Positions 1 through 7,607 are shown, counted from the stretch's first letter. The stretch: DNA of 10,728 bases from Candidatus Zixiibacteriota bacterium (GCA_036170655.1 JAVHPP010000109.1:1-10728), one strand, 5' to 3'. Notes: generated by a model from the sequence alone, not told the origin. A program made the numbers and translations.

Positions 1-1
1 G

Positions 2-1702
2 GACGAGACGGCAGAGGAAGCCATCACACTTTGGCGCCGACCGGGCGGCGTCTCCGGCGTCGGCATGGTGGATCTGGTGTGTTCATACGATTATCCACGG
101 CATGGTGACGACTCACTGCGCCATGCGGCGATCTTGAACGAAGGAATCGACATCCAGAACTACAAGAGCATGGTTGATATCGAGGGCTCCGGCGACATGC
201 GCCTTGATGTGACCCTGACTTGCACCAGCCACCGTGGCACCCTGCGTGTTCTGACATTCAGCATGGCGCCCGATTTGAAAATCGATACGGTCTGGGTGGG
301 TGGCACGATTCGCGACTTTGTCTACAGCGAGGACGGCGGCTGGCTGATGGCCGGGGGCGATACGGCCTTGGGTCCCGGAGATTCGCTCACCGTACGGATG
401 CAGTATCATGGGGATCGTCTGCTCGACAAGTTCTCTTGGGGCGATTTTGCAATTCATCACACCACGCGCTGGCTGCCGATGACCACACCACGACGCCGGG
501 CCACTTACCAGACAACATTTCGGTGTCCGAAGTACTACGAGGTGGTGTCCGTCGGCGAGAAGATCGCAGATACGATCGTCGCCGGCCGCCGCCAATCGGA
601 ATGGCGGACCATCGGCACCGTCTCCTTCATCTCGTTCAACTACGGAAGCTTCGAAAAACTCACCACAAACATGACCGATGGCCCACGGGTGGACATCTAT
701 CGTGGCAAGAATCATTTGGGCGGGCTGCTCTCTCGCGATTTTAAGAAGCGGGTCGCCGATGAGATTGAGGCGGCGATCCGCCTTTTTTCGCAGTATTATG
801 GCCCCTATCCCTGGCCGCATCTCGCCGTCACTGAGATCCCCGACGAACATGGACAGGGATTCCCCCAGTTGCTCCATCTGGCCTGGATTTCCTTCGATAC
901 CGAAGTGAAGGGCGTGACCGATGTCTTTCGGGCGCACGAAGTGGCGCACCAGTGGTTCGGCCATATCGTTGGCTGGAAGTCTTACCATGATCAGTGGCTG
1001 TCGGAAGGATTCGCCGAGTATGCGGGCGCGGTGTTTTTGCAGGCGCGCCATCCCGGAAACCGTGAATTTGTGAGACTTCTGGATGAATGGCGGGAGCTCA
1101 TTATCGAAAAGGGCGGCCATGAATCGTGGCATGAAGGTCCGGGCGTTGCACCCATTTGGCTGGGCTATCGCGCTGCGTCCTTTATGTCACCCGCCTCCTA
1201 CAGTCACCTGATCTACGCAAAGGGGGCCTACATACTCCACATGCTGCGTCAGCAGATCTACGACTACGAGCGTGGATCGGACGACCGATTCATCGCCATG
1301 ATGCGCGACTATATCACAACCTTTGCGGGCCGGAATCCGACAACCGATGACTTTCGCCGCATTGTCGAGAAGCATCTGGGGATGCCAATGCAGTGGTTCT
1401 TTGACCAGTGGGTCTATGGCACTCAGATACCCCGATTCGAGTACCACTGGACAAAAGAACAACGGACGGACGGGCAGTGGCTGGTTCGCGGCCAGATCGA
1501 CCAGCGGGAGCCAAATCCGCCGTTTCGTGTTTTCATGCCAATCACGCTGGAATTCGCCGAGGGACACCGCACCTTCGTTCAGGAGATCAAAGAAACACAC
1601 ACGGAGTTTGTGACGCCACCGCTGGAGGCCGAACCCCGGGGTGTGAGATTCGACGACTACCGTTCGATACTCTGCAAAGAAAGAGTCGTGCAGCATCCCT
1701 GA
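2..1702 (+). CDS. M1-family (gluzincin) zinc metallopeptidase / aminopeptidase N-like protein, 5'-partial
   Basis: HEVAH at 935-949 is followed 18 residues later by Glu (WLSEGFAEY, codon 1004-1006), giving HEXXH-X18-E. The downstream IYAKG carries the Tyr expected in M1 peptidases, and WFFDQWVY is also typical. The frame is open from base 2 (DETAEEAITLWRRPGGVSGVG) into the ATG at 65, so the true start probably lies upstream of the window. Confidence 0.9.
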   Translation, partial: DETAEEAITLWRRPGGVSGVGMVDLVCSYDYPRHGDDSLRHAAILNEGIDIQNYKSMVDIEGSGDMRLDVTLTCTSHRGTLRVLTFSMAPDLKIDTVWVGGTIRDFVYSEDGGWLMAGGDTALGPGDSLTVRMQYHGDRLLDKFSWGDFAIHHTTRWLPMTTPRRRATYQTTFRCPKYYEVVSVGEKIADTIVAGRRQSEWRTIGTVSFISFNYGSFEKLTTNMTDGPRVDIYRGKNHLGGLLSRDFKKRVADEIEAAIRLFSQYYGPYPWPHLAVTEIPDEHGQGFPQLLHLAWISFDTEVKGVTDVFRAHEVAHQWFGHIVGWKSYHDQWLSEGFAEYAGAVFLQARHPGNREFVRLLDEWRELIIEKGGHESWHEGPGVAPIWLGYRAASFMSPASYSHLIYAKGAYILHMLRQQIYDYERGSDDRFIAMMRDYITTFAGRNPTTDDFRRIVEKHLGMPMQWFFDQWVYGTQIPRFEYHWTKEQRTDGQWLVRGQIDQREPNPPFRVFMPITLEFAEGHRTFVQEIKETHTEFVTPPLEAEPRGVRFDDYRSILCKERVVQHP

Positions 1703-1703
1703 T

Positions 1704-1726
1704 GGGCGTCTTGAAGAAGCCCGCAC
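1704..1726 (+). repeat. Dispersed short repeat, copy 1 (GGGCGTCTTGAAGAAGCCCGCAC)
   Basis: Matches 10616-10639 with 2 mismatches and 1 gap. It lies immediately after the peptidase stop codon. Confidence 0.65.
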
Positions 1727-1990
1727 CGGCACACCACGGCGGGATGACCTGAGGCGGCGGCAAGCTCGCTTCGGCATTCGCGAAGGCCGGAGCCCTCGGC
1801 CATTCCCCCCGCAATTCGCACGGGCGCAACCAGTTTGTCGACAACCATAGTGCAATTCCTAACATTAAATCGTGGTGAAGAGTTCACCCTCCAGCGAATG
1901 GACGTAAGATCATTCCCGTGGCAAGTCTCTTGACTACGAGGCGTATTGACACAGCCATGGGGCCGTCCGTATCCGGTAATTTGAAGCCGG

Positions 1991-2107
1991 GAGATTGCTT
2001 CGCTTTACTCGCCACGACTGCATCTTCTCCGCAGCGATCGGCTTATCCAAGCAGTCCTTACGAGGACGGACGTCCATTCAAAGGGGAACGACCGACGAAA
2101 CAATCAC
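1991..2107. repeat. Degenerate palindromic repeat pair (GAGATTGCTTCG...CTCGCAATGAC-like)
   Basis: GAGATTGCTTCG (1991-2002) is complementary to CGAAACAATCAC (2096-2107) at 10/12 positions. CTCGCCACGAC (2008-2018) is complementary to GTCCTTACGAG (2054-2064) at 8/11. From memory, this resembles a widespread intergenic palindromic repeat type. Confidence 0.55.
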
Positions 2108-2117
2108 ATCCCCTCTT

Positions 2118-2211
2118 TGTCCCGGATATAATTGTTGGGTTTCTCAACACTTCCTGCGATGGGTGACCGTGCAGCGGGAGCGCATACCCGACAGAGATTA
2201 CAGCCGGGACA
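2118..2211. repeat. 94-bp element bounded by imperfect 15-bp inverted repeats (MITE-like or structured RNA)
   Basis: TGTCCCGGATATAAT (2118-2132) is complementary to ATTACAGCCGGGACA (2197-2211) at 13/15. Inner pairing TGTTGGGT (2133-2140) with ACCCGACA (2186-2193) is also possible. Confidence 0.55.
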
Positions 2212-2267
2212 CCTGTGCATCAAGCATCCCATACGCGAATATGTGTCATGTATCTTGAAAAATATTG

Positions 2268-2296
2268 TTGACATAACTTGATTATATCCGTAATGA
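2268..2296 (+). promoter_or_regulatory. Putative sigma70-type promoter for the RHH gene
   Basis: Perfect TTGACA at 2268-2273 and a 17-bp spacer, followed by a weak -10-like TAATGA at 2291-2296. It sits in a markedly AT-rich patch about 50 bp upstream of the ATG. Confidence 0.5.
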
Positions 2297-2346
2297 TGAC
2301 GTGGCCACTGTAAGCCACTAAACCCACAGAGAAGAGAGGAAGCATT

Positions 2347-2730
2347 ATGCCAAGAAAAAAGAAATCCACCGCAGCGGCCGCGGGGGAACCCCTGAGACGA
2401 GGGCCCAGACCAGGTTACCGTCGCGTTCCCGGCACGCGGAGCACTCCCAAGCAGCCCTTTTCCCTCATCCTCAACCCGGATGAACTGAACCTCCTCAAGA
2501 AAATGGCGCTGAAAGAGGGCTCCTCAGTTGCAGCCGTCATCCGTTCGGCGTTGCACAAGGTTATTTTCAGCACACACCCCGAAATGGCCCGTAGCGCCAT
2601 TGAGAACGACGTGGAATCGTTCCTGAATCACATGGGCACAAAGCTGGCTCTCAAACGAGGCACCGTTGGCCGTGAGAAGATCAAACGGCAACTGGTCAAG
2701 GGCCTGATGAGCGGAACCCGGAAACGCTGA
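2347..2730 (+). CDS. Small basic protein with a CopG/ribbon-helix-helix-like DNA-binding segment
   Basis: Purine-rich RBS (GAGAGGA, 2334-2340) before the ATG and a terminator downstream. The segment PFSLILNPDELNLLKKMALKEGSSVAAVIRSALHKVI fits the RHH pattern of beta strand, helix, G-x-S turn and helix. Confidence 0.75.
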   Translation: MPRKKKSTAAAAGEPLRRGPRPGYRRVPGTRSTPKQPFSLILNPDELNLLKKMALKEGSSVAAVIRSALHKVIFSTHPEMARSAIENDVESFLNHMGTKLALKRGTVGREKIKRQLVKGLMSGTRKR

Positions 2731-2750
2731 TCAGCGTTCTCCGATCTTGG

Positions 2751-2783
2751 ACGGCGTCACTCCACGGGTGACGCCGTTTTTTT
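2751..2783 (+). terminator. Rho-independent terminator
   Basis: Perfect 10-bp stem ACGGCGTCAC (2751-2760) / GTGACGCCGT (2768-2777) with a 7-nt loop, followed by a T tract to 2783. Confidence 0.9.
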
Positions 2784-2828
2784 CTTCCAGACATCGTGCT
2801 GAAATTGTCATCCGGCCGGAAATTGTCC

Positions 2829-2856
2829 TTGTATCGGCAGCGTCGGGTTATAGTAT
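2829..2856 (+). promoter_or_regulatory. Putative promoter of the sdhCAB operon
   Basis: TTGTAT (2829-2834), 16 bp, TAGTAT (2851-2856), with an overlapping TATAGT at 2849-2854. It lies just after a strong terminator, so the operon likely needs its own promoter here. Confidence 0.45.
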
Positions 2857-3034
2857 GTATGGGTGCGGCGTTCAAGTGTGACGCCGGCGATGGACACACG
2901 ACTGGAGCAGCGGTTATTCGTCCTGCAATGAGTTTTCGCCATCACCCATCGTCTTGCGCGGCCCCGGCTGGTGACCGAACGATCATGCGAATCCATCACG
3001 ATAACGCCGTGCACCCGGCACCAAAGGAGCACGA

Positions 3035-3733
3035 ATGACGGGGTATGTCCGATTTGTCAAGTCATCGATCGGGAGCAAGCTCCTGATGGCGGTGACGGGA
3101 GTCATCCTGCTTCTCTTCGTTATCGGGCACATGCTGGGGAATCTCCAGATCTTCCTCGGGCAGGATGCACTGAACACATACGCTGAGAAACTGCGCGGCA
3201 TTTCCCTGCTGTTGTGGATTGTCCGCATCAGTCTCTTGGTGATCACATTGATTCATATCGTAACATCTCTGCGTTTGAGCTGGCTGAACCGTCAAGCCCG
3301 GTCGCTCCCCTACGTGTACAAGAACACCGTTCAGGCCACACTGGCGTCGCGGACAATGCTTTACTCCGGTCTCCTGGTTTTGGCGTTTGTGCTCTATCAC
3401 CTGATGCACTTCACCTGGGGGATCACGAATCCGGAGTATTCCAAGTTGCTCGACCCCAAGGGCCGTCCCGATGTCTATTCCATGGTTGTTCTCAGTTTTC
3501 GCAACCTGCCGGTGTCCATTACATATATCATCGCCATGATTCTGCTGTGGTTCCACCTGAGTCACGGAGGTTCGAGCGTCTTTCAGACTCTGGGAGTGTC
3601 CCAGCCCAAGTATCATAAGATGACGGAACGTGTTGGGCCAATCCTGGCGACAATCATCGTGGCGGGAAACATTTCGATACCATTCTTCATCCTGCTCGGG
3701 GTGGTCAAGCCGTTCGCGGGAGGTATGCCATGA
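3035..3733 (+). CDS. sdhC: Succinate dehydrogenase/fumarate reductase cytochrome b (b558-type) membrane anchor
   Basis: RBS AAGGAG at 3024-3029. About five hydrophobic segments, with candidate haem-ligand His residues in GHMLGN, LIHIV, YHLMH and FHLSHG. The N-terminus [12 protein letters not shown] is typical, and the gene overlaps the flavoprotein gene by ATGA. Confidence 0.93.
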   Translation: MTGYVRFVKSSIGSKLLMAVTGVILLLFVIGHMLGNLQIFLGQDALNTYAEKLRGISLLLWIVRISLLVITLIHIVTSLRLSWLNRQARSLPYVYKNTVQATLASRTMLYSGLLVLAFVLYHLMHFTWGITNPEYSKLLDPKGRPDVYSMVVLSFRNLPVSITYIIAMILLWFHLSHGGSSVFQTLGVSQPKYHKMTERVGPILATIIVAGNISIPFFILLGVVKPFAGGMP

Positions 3734-5646
3734 GTCAGTTAGACGGTCACGTCCCCCCGGGCCCTCTCGCGGAGAAGTGGGACAAGTATCGCAATGAGAT
3801 GAAGCTGGTCGGCCCGGCCAACAAGCGGAAGTTGCACATCATCGTGGTTGGCAGCGGGCTGGCTGGCGCGTCGGCGGCGGCAACGCTGGGTGAACAGGGG
3901 TACAACGTCGATTGCTTCTGTTATCAGGACAGCCCGCGACGCGCACACAGTATCGCGGCGCAGGGCGGGATCAATGCCGCCAAGAATTATCAGAACGATG
4001 GCGACAGTGTTTACCGTCTGTTCTACGACACCATCAAGGGCGGCGACTTCCGCTCACGCGAGGCGAATGTCTACCGGCTTGCACAAGTGAGCAACAACAT
4101 CATCGACCAATGCGCGGCGCAGGGCGTCCCCTTTGCCCGTGAATATGGTGGCTCGCTGGCGAACCGATCGTTCGGTGGCGCGCTGGTTTCACGGACATTC
4201 TACGCGCGCGGCCAGACGGGACAGCAGTTACTTCTCGGGGCGTATGCGGCCCTTTCGCGGCAGATCGCCATGGGCGCCGTACGGATGCACACTCGCACCG
4301 AAATGCTCGATCTGGTGTTGATCGACGGAGTGGCGCGCGGCATTGTCACCCGTGATCTTGTCACTGGAACAATACAGAGTTATGCCGGCGACGCGGTGGT
4401 GCTCGGAACTGGCGGGTACGCGAACCTTTACTTTCTGTCGACAAACGCGGCCGGCTGCAATGTGACAGCCGCCTACCGCGCGTACAAGAAGGGCGCTTTC
4501 TTTGCAAACCCCTGTTACGTCCAGATTCATCCGACGTGCATCCCGGTCACCGGCGATCACCAATCGAAGCTCACACTGATGTCGGAATCCTTGCGTAACG
4601 ACGGGCGCGTGTGGGTCTCCAAGAAGGCAGGCGATAAGCGCCCCCCCGGAGACATCCCTGAGGCCGAGCGCGACTACTATCTTGAGCGCAAGTACCCCAG
4701 TTACGGGAATCTGGCGCCGCGCGACATTTCCTCGCGCAACGCCAAGGAGGTCTGTGACGAGGGACGTGGTGTCGGCGAATCGGGCCGCGGCGTCTATCTG
4801 GATTTCGCTGACTCGATCAAGCGCTTGGGAATTGGGACAATCCGCGAACGGTATGGCAATCTGTTCGACATGTATTACAAGATTACGGCAGAGGACGGCT
4901 ACCAGACGCCAATGCGGATCTATCCGGCGGCGCATTATGTCATGGGCGGACTCTGGGTTGACTACAATTTGATGAGCAACATCCCGGGACTGTACGTGAT
5001 TGGGGAAGCGAATTTTTCGGACCATGGCGCCAACCGCTTGGGCGCCAGCGCGCTGATGCAGGGACTGGCCGATGGGTACTTTGTTCTCCCCTACACGATA
5101 ACAAACTATCTGGCGACCGCGAAACCAGCCAAAGTGACGGCCGACCGGCCGGAATTCCGCCAGGCCGAAACTGAGGTCACCGACAAGCTGAAACGTCTGC
5201 TGTCGCTCCACGGGAAACGTACGGTCCTGTCGATTCACCGTGAATTGGGACACATCATGTGGGAACACTGTGGCATGAGCCGCAACGATGCCGGTTTGAA
5301 GAAGGCGCTCGACTTGATCCCGCAGTTGCGCGAGGAATTCTGGAAGAACACCATCGTCCCCGGCGCGAATGAAGAGTTGAATATGGCGCTGGAGAAGGCC
5401 GGACGTGTAGCCGATTACCTCGAATTCGCCGAGTTGCTCTGCCACGATGCCTTGGGCCGGGCCGAGTCCTGCGGTTCGCATTTCCGCGAAGAAAGCCGGA
5501 CACCCGATGGCGAAGCCCGGCGCGACGACGAACATTTCTGCCATGTCAGCGCTTGGGAGTTCACTGGCGCCGGACAGAAACCGGTGATGCATAAAGAGCC
5601 CCTGGAGTTCGAGACGGTCCAATTGGCACAGAGGAGCTACAAATAA
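3730..5646 (+). CDS. sdhA: Succinate dehydrogenase/fumarate reductase flavoprotein subunit
   Basis: Rossmann motif [10 protein letters not shown], covalent-FAD His motif [31 protein letters not shown] and [19 protein letters not shown] upstream. Confidence 0.97.
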   Translation: MSQLDGHVPPGPLAEKWDKYRNEMKLVGPANKRKLHIIVVGSGLAGASAAATLGEQGYNVDCFCYQDSPRRAHSIAAQGGINAAKNYQNDGDSVYRLFYDTIKGGDFRSREANVYRLAQVSNNIIDQCAAQGVPFAREYGGSLANRSFGGALVSRTFYARGQTGQQLLLGAYAALSRQIAMGAVRMHTRTEMLDLVLIDGVARGIVTRDLVTGTIQSYAGDAVVLGTGGYANLYFLSTNAAGCNVTAAYRAYKKGAFFANPCYVQIHPTCIPVTGDHQSKLTLMSESLRNDGRVWVSKKAGDKRPPGDIPEAERDYYLERKYPSYGNLAPRDISSRNAKEVCDEGRGVGESGRGVYLDFADSIKRLGIGTIRERYGNLFDMYYKITAEDGYQTPMRIYPAAHYVMGGLWVDYNLMSNIPGLYVIGEANFSDHGANRLGASALMQGLADGYFVLPYTITNYLATAKPAKVTADRPEFRQAETEVTDKLKRLLSLHGKRTVLSIHRELGHIMWEHCGMSRNDAGLKKALDLIPQLREEFWKNTIVPGANEELNMALEKAGRVADYLEFAELLCHDALGRAESCGSHFREESRTPDGEARRDDEHFCHVSAWEFTGAGQKPVMHKEPLEFETVQLAQRSYK

Positions 5647-6383
5647 TGAACCTCACACTCCATGTCTGGCGGCAGAAGAACGCCAAAGACCGGGGCCGCA
5701 TGGCCACGTACGATGCGAGAGACATCAGCCCCAATATGTCCTTCCTCGAAATGCTGGATGTCGTCAACGAGCGGCTAATCCTCAGTGGAGAGGAGCCGAT
5801 CGCTTTTGACCACGACTGCCGCGAAGGAATCTGCGGGATGTGCTCACTGGTCATCAACGGCATCGCTCACGGCGCAGAACGGGGAACGACCGTCTGTCAA
5901 TTGCACATGCGTCATTTCAAAGACGGGCAGGAAATTACCATCGAGCCGTGGCGGGCCAAGCCCTTCCCGGTGCTCCGGGATCTGATCGTCGATCGCGCGG
6001 CGCTGGACCGGATCATGCAAGCGGGCGGATTTGTCTCCGTGAACACCGGCGGCGGCCCGGACGCGAACGCGCTGCCGATTCCCAAACCCGAAGCGGAACT
6101 GGCGATGGATGCGGCCGCCTGCATTGGCTGCGGCGCCTGCGTGGCCTCGTGCAAGAACGCCTCTGCGATGCTTTTTGTCTCCGCCAAGATCGCGCAGTTC
6201 GCGCACCTGCCGCAGGGACAGCCGGAGCGCATGAGTCGCGTGCGGAACATGATCACCGCCATGGACGCCGAAGGATTCGGCAACTGCACCAACCAGTACG
6301 AGTGCGAGGCGGTCTGCCCCAAGGAAATCCCCGTGCGCTTCATTGCGGAAATGAACCGCGACTATTGCAAAGCGTCGCGGTAG
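5646..6383 (+). CDS. sdhB: Succinate dehydrogenase/fumarate reductase iron-sulfur subunit
   Basis: [2Fe-2S] motif [10 protein letters not shown]...C plus ferredoxin-type motifs [11 protein letters not shown] and [17 protein letters not shown] stop/start overlap with sdhA. Confidence 0.97.
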   Translation: MNLTLHVWRQKNAKDRGRMATYDARDISPNMSFLEMLDVVNERLILSGEEPIAFDHDCREGICGMCSLVINGIAHGAERGTTVCQLHMRHFKDGQEITIEPWRAKPFPVLRDLIVDRAALDRIMQAGGFVSVNTGGGPDANALPIPKPEAELAMDAAACIGCGACVASCKNASAMLFVSAKIAQFAHLPQGQPERMSRVRNMITAMDAEGFGNCTNQYECEAVCPKEIPVRFIAEMNRDYCKASR

Positions 6384-6472
6384 CGAGTTCTTCACCAGAA
6401 CGTTTTTCGGGGCACAGACGCCGAGCTTTTTTCTGCTGGCGTTAAGGCCGAGGCCGGCGCTCTCTTACACCG

Positions 6473-7489
6473 ATGAACTTCCGAACCGTCGAATGGCGCG
6501 AAGGATGCCTCCATTTGCTGGACCAGCGGGCTCTGCCTTTACGCGTCGAGACAGTCACCTGCCAATCGGCCGACGACGTGGCTGTGGCTATTCACAATCT
6601 GACCGTGCGCGGCGCGCCGGCCATCGGGGTGGCTGCTGCCTACGGCATGGCGCTGGCGCTTCGGACCGCCGGAGATTCGTTCTCGGCCTGCATGATAGCG
6701 CTTCAGAGCGCCGCCGATGTGCTCAAAGCATCCCGCCCCACGGCGGTCAACCTTGCATGGGCCATCGACCGCATGCTCAAAATCGCAGGCGACGCTGGGT
6801 ACGAGACGCGGGACAAACTCCAGATTCAATTGGAGAATGAAGCCATCGCGATCCACGACGAGGACGCGGCGATGTGCCAAAAGATCGGCGAGCATGGTGC
6901 GGCGCTTCTCGCGGACGGGATGACTATCCTCACGCACTGCAACGCCGGCGCCCTCGCCACCGCCGGCATCGGCACGGCACTGGGCGTGATCACGAGCGCG
7001 CACGCCCAAGGCAAGAGAATTCGCGTGTTTGTGGATGAGACACGCCCCGTGCTGCAGGGCGCGCGTCTCACCATGTGGGAACTGATGCAGTCGGGTATTG
7101 ACGCGACGCTCATTACCGATAATACCGCCGCTACCTTATTTGCCTCGGGTCAGATTGACGCGGTGATCACCGGGGCTGACCGCATTGCCCGCAACGGAGA
7201 CGTCGCCAACAAGATTGGCACATTGAATGTCGCCATCCTGGCGGCGCACTATGGCGTGCCATTCTATGTGGCGGCACCGCAGTCCACTTTCGACCGGAAC
7301 ATCGCCACCGGCGCCGAGATCAACATCGAGGAGCGCTCCCCCACGGAAGTTACCGAGATCGGCGGGCGGCAAATCGCGCCTGCCGGAGCGAAGGTCTTCT
7401 CCCCCGCGTTTGATGTGACGCCACACCAATTGATTACGGGAATCATTTCGGATGCCGGGGTCTGCCCCGGAGGACGATCATCGAATTAA
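6473..7489 (+). CDS. mtnA: S-methyl-5-thioribose-1-phosphate isomerase (eIF2B-like family)
   Basis: Motifs LDQRALP, VRGAPAIG, SRPTAVNL, THCNAGALAT, DETRPVLQGARLT, GADRIARNGDVANKIGT, IEER and PAFDVTP. Confidence 0.95.
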   Translation: MNFRTVEWREGCLHLLDQRALPLRVETVTCQSADDVAVAIHNLTVRGAPAIGVAAAYGMALALRTAGDSFSACMIALQSAADVLKASRPTAVNLAWAIDRMLKIAGDAGYETRDKLQIQLENEAIAIHDEDAAMCQKIGEHGAALLADGMTILTHCNAGALATAGIGTALGVITSAHAQGKRIRVFVDETRPVLQGARLTMWELMQSGIDATLITDNTAATLFASGQIDAVITGADRIARNGDVANKIGTLNVAILAAHYGVPFYVAAPQSTFDRNIATGAEINIEERSPTEVTEIGGRQIAPAGAKVFSPAFDVTPHQLITGIISDAGVCPGGRSSN

Positions 7490-7524
7490 CTGCATCGGAT
7501 CTGCACAATGTGCCGCTAAGCAAA

Positions 7525-7547
7525 GGGCGCACACCCTGCGCCCCTAC
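7525..7547 (-). repeat. GTAG-type REP-like palindrome
   Basis: The minus strand reads GTAG-GGGCGCA-GGGTG-TGCGCCC: a GTAG tetranucleotide followed by a perfect 7-bp GC-rich hairpin. It lies between two convergent genes. Confidence 0.7.
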
Positions 7548-7607
7548 GAGGAGGTAATAGTCAGATCGTGCGGCGGGATAGTGTGATGTCGCCCTGACCA
7601 AACGTCC

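Noticed and set aside
113..1132. 339-aa minus-strand ORF
   Set aside because: Antisense shadow of the peptidase gene with no recognisable motifs; expected in GC-rich coding DNA.
1946..1951. Perfect TTGACA hexamer
   Set aside because: No credible -10 element at 16-18 bp spacing.
1918..2258. Short + strand ORFs of 82 and 87 aa in the intergenic region
   Set aside because: Non-ATG starts, no clear RBS, no recognisable domain, and they run through repeat elements.
1703..2346. Possible tRNA, SRP RNA, 6S RNA or CRISPR array in the long intergenic region
   Set aside because: No cloverleaf or T-loop consensus, no SRP domain IV motif, the rod element is too short for 6S, and there are no regularly spaced repeats.
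4228..5622. 464-aa minus-strand ORF
   Set aside because: Lies entirely antisense to the well-supported sdhA; a codon-bias shadow.
6417..6443. Possible terminator after sdhB
   Set aside because: The T run falls inside the loop of an imperfect hairpin rather than after it, so this is not a canonical intrinsic terminator.
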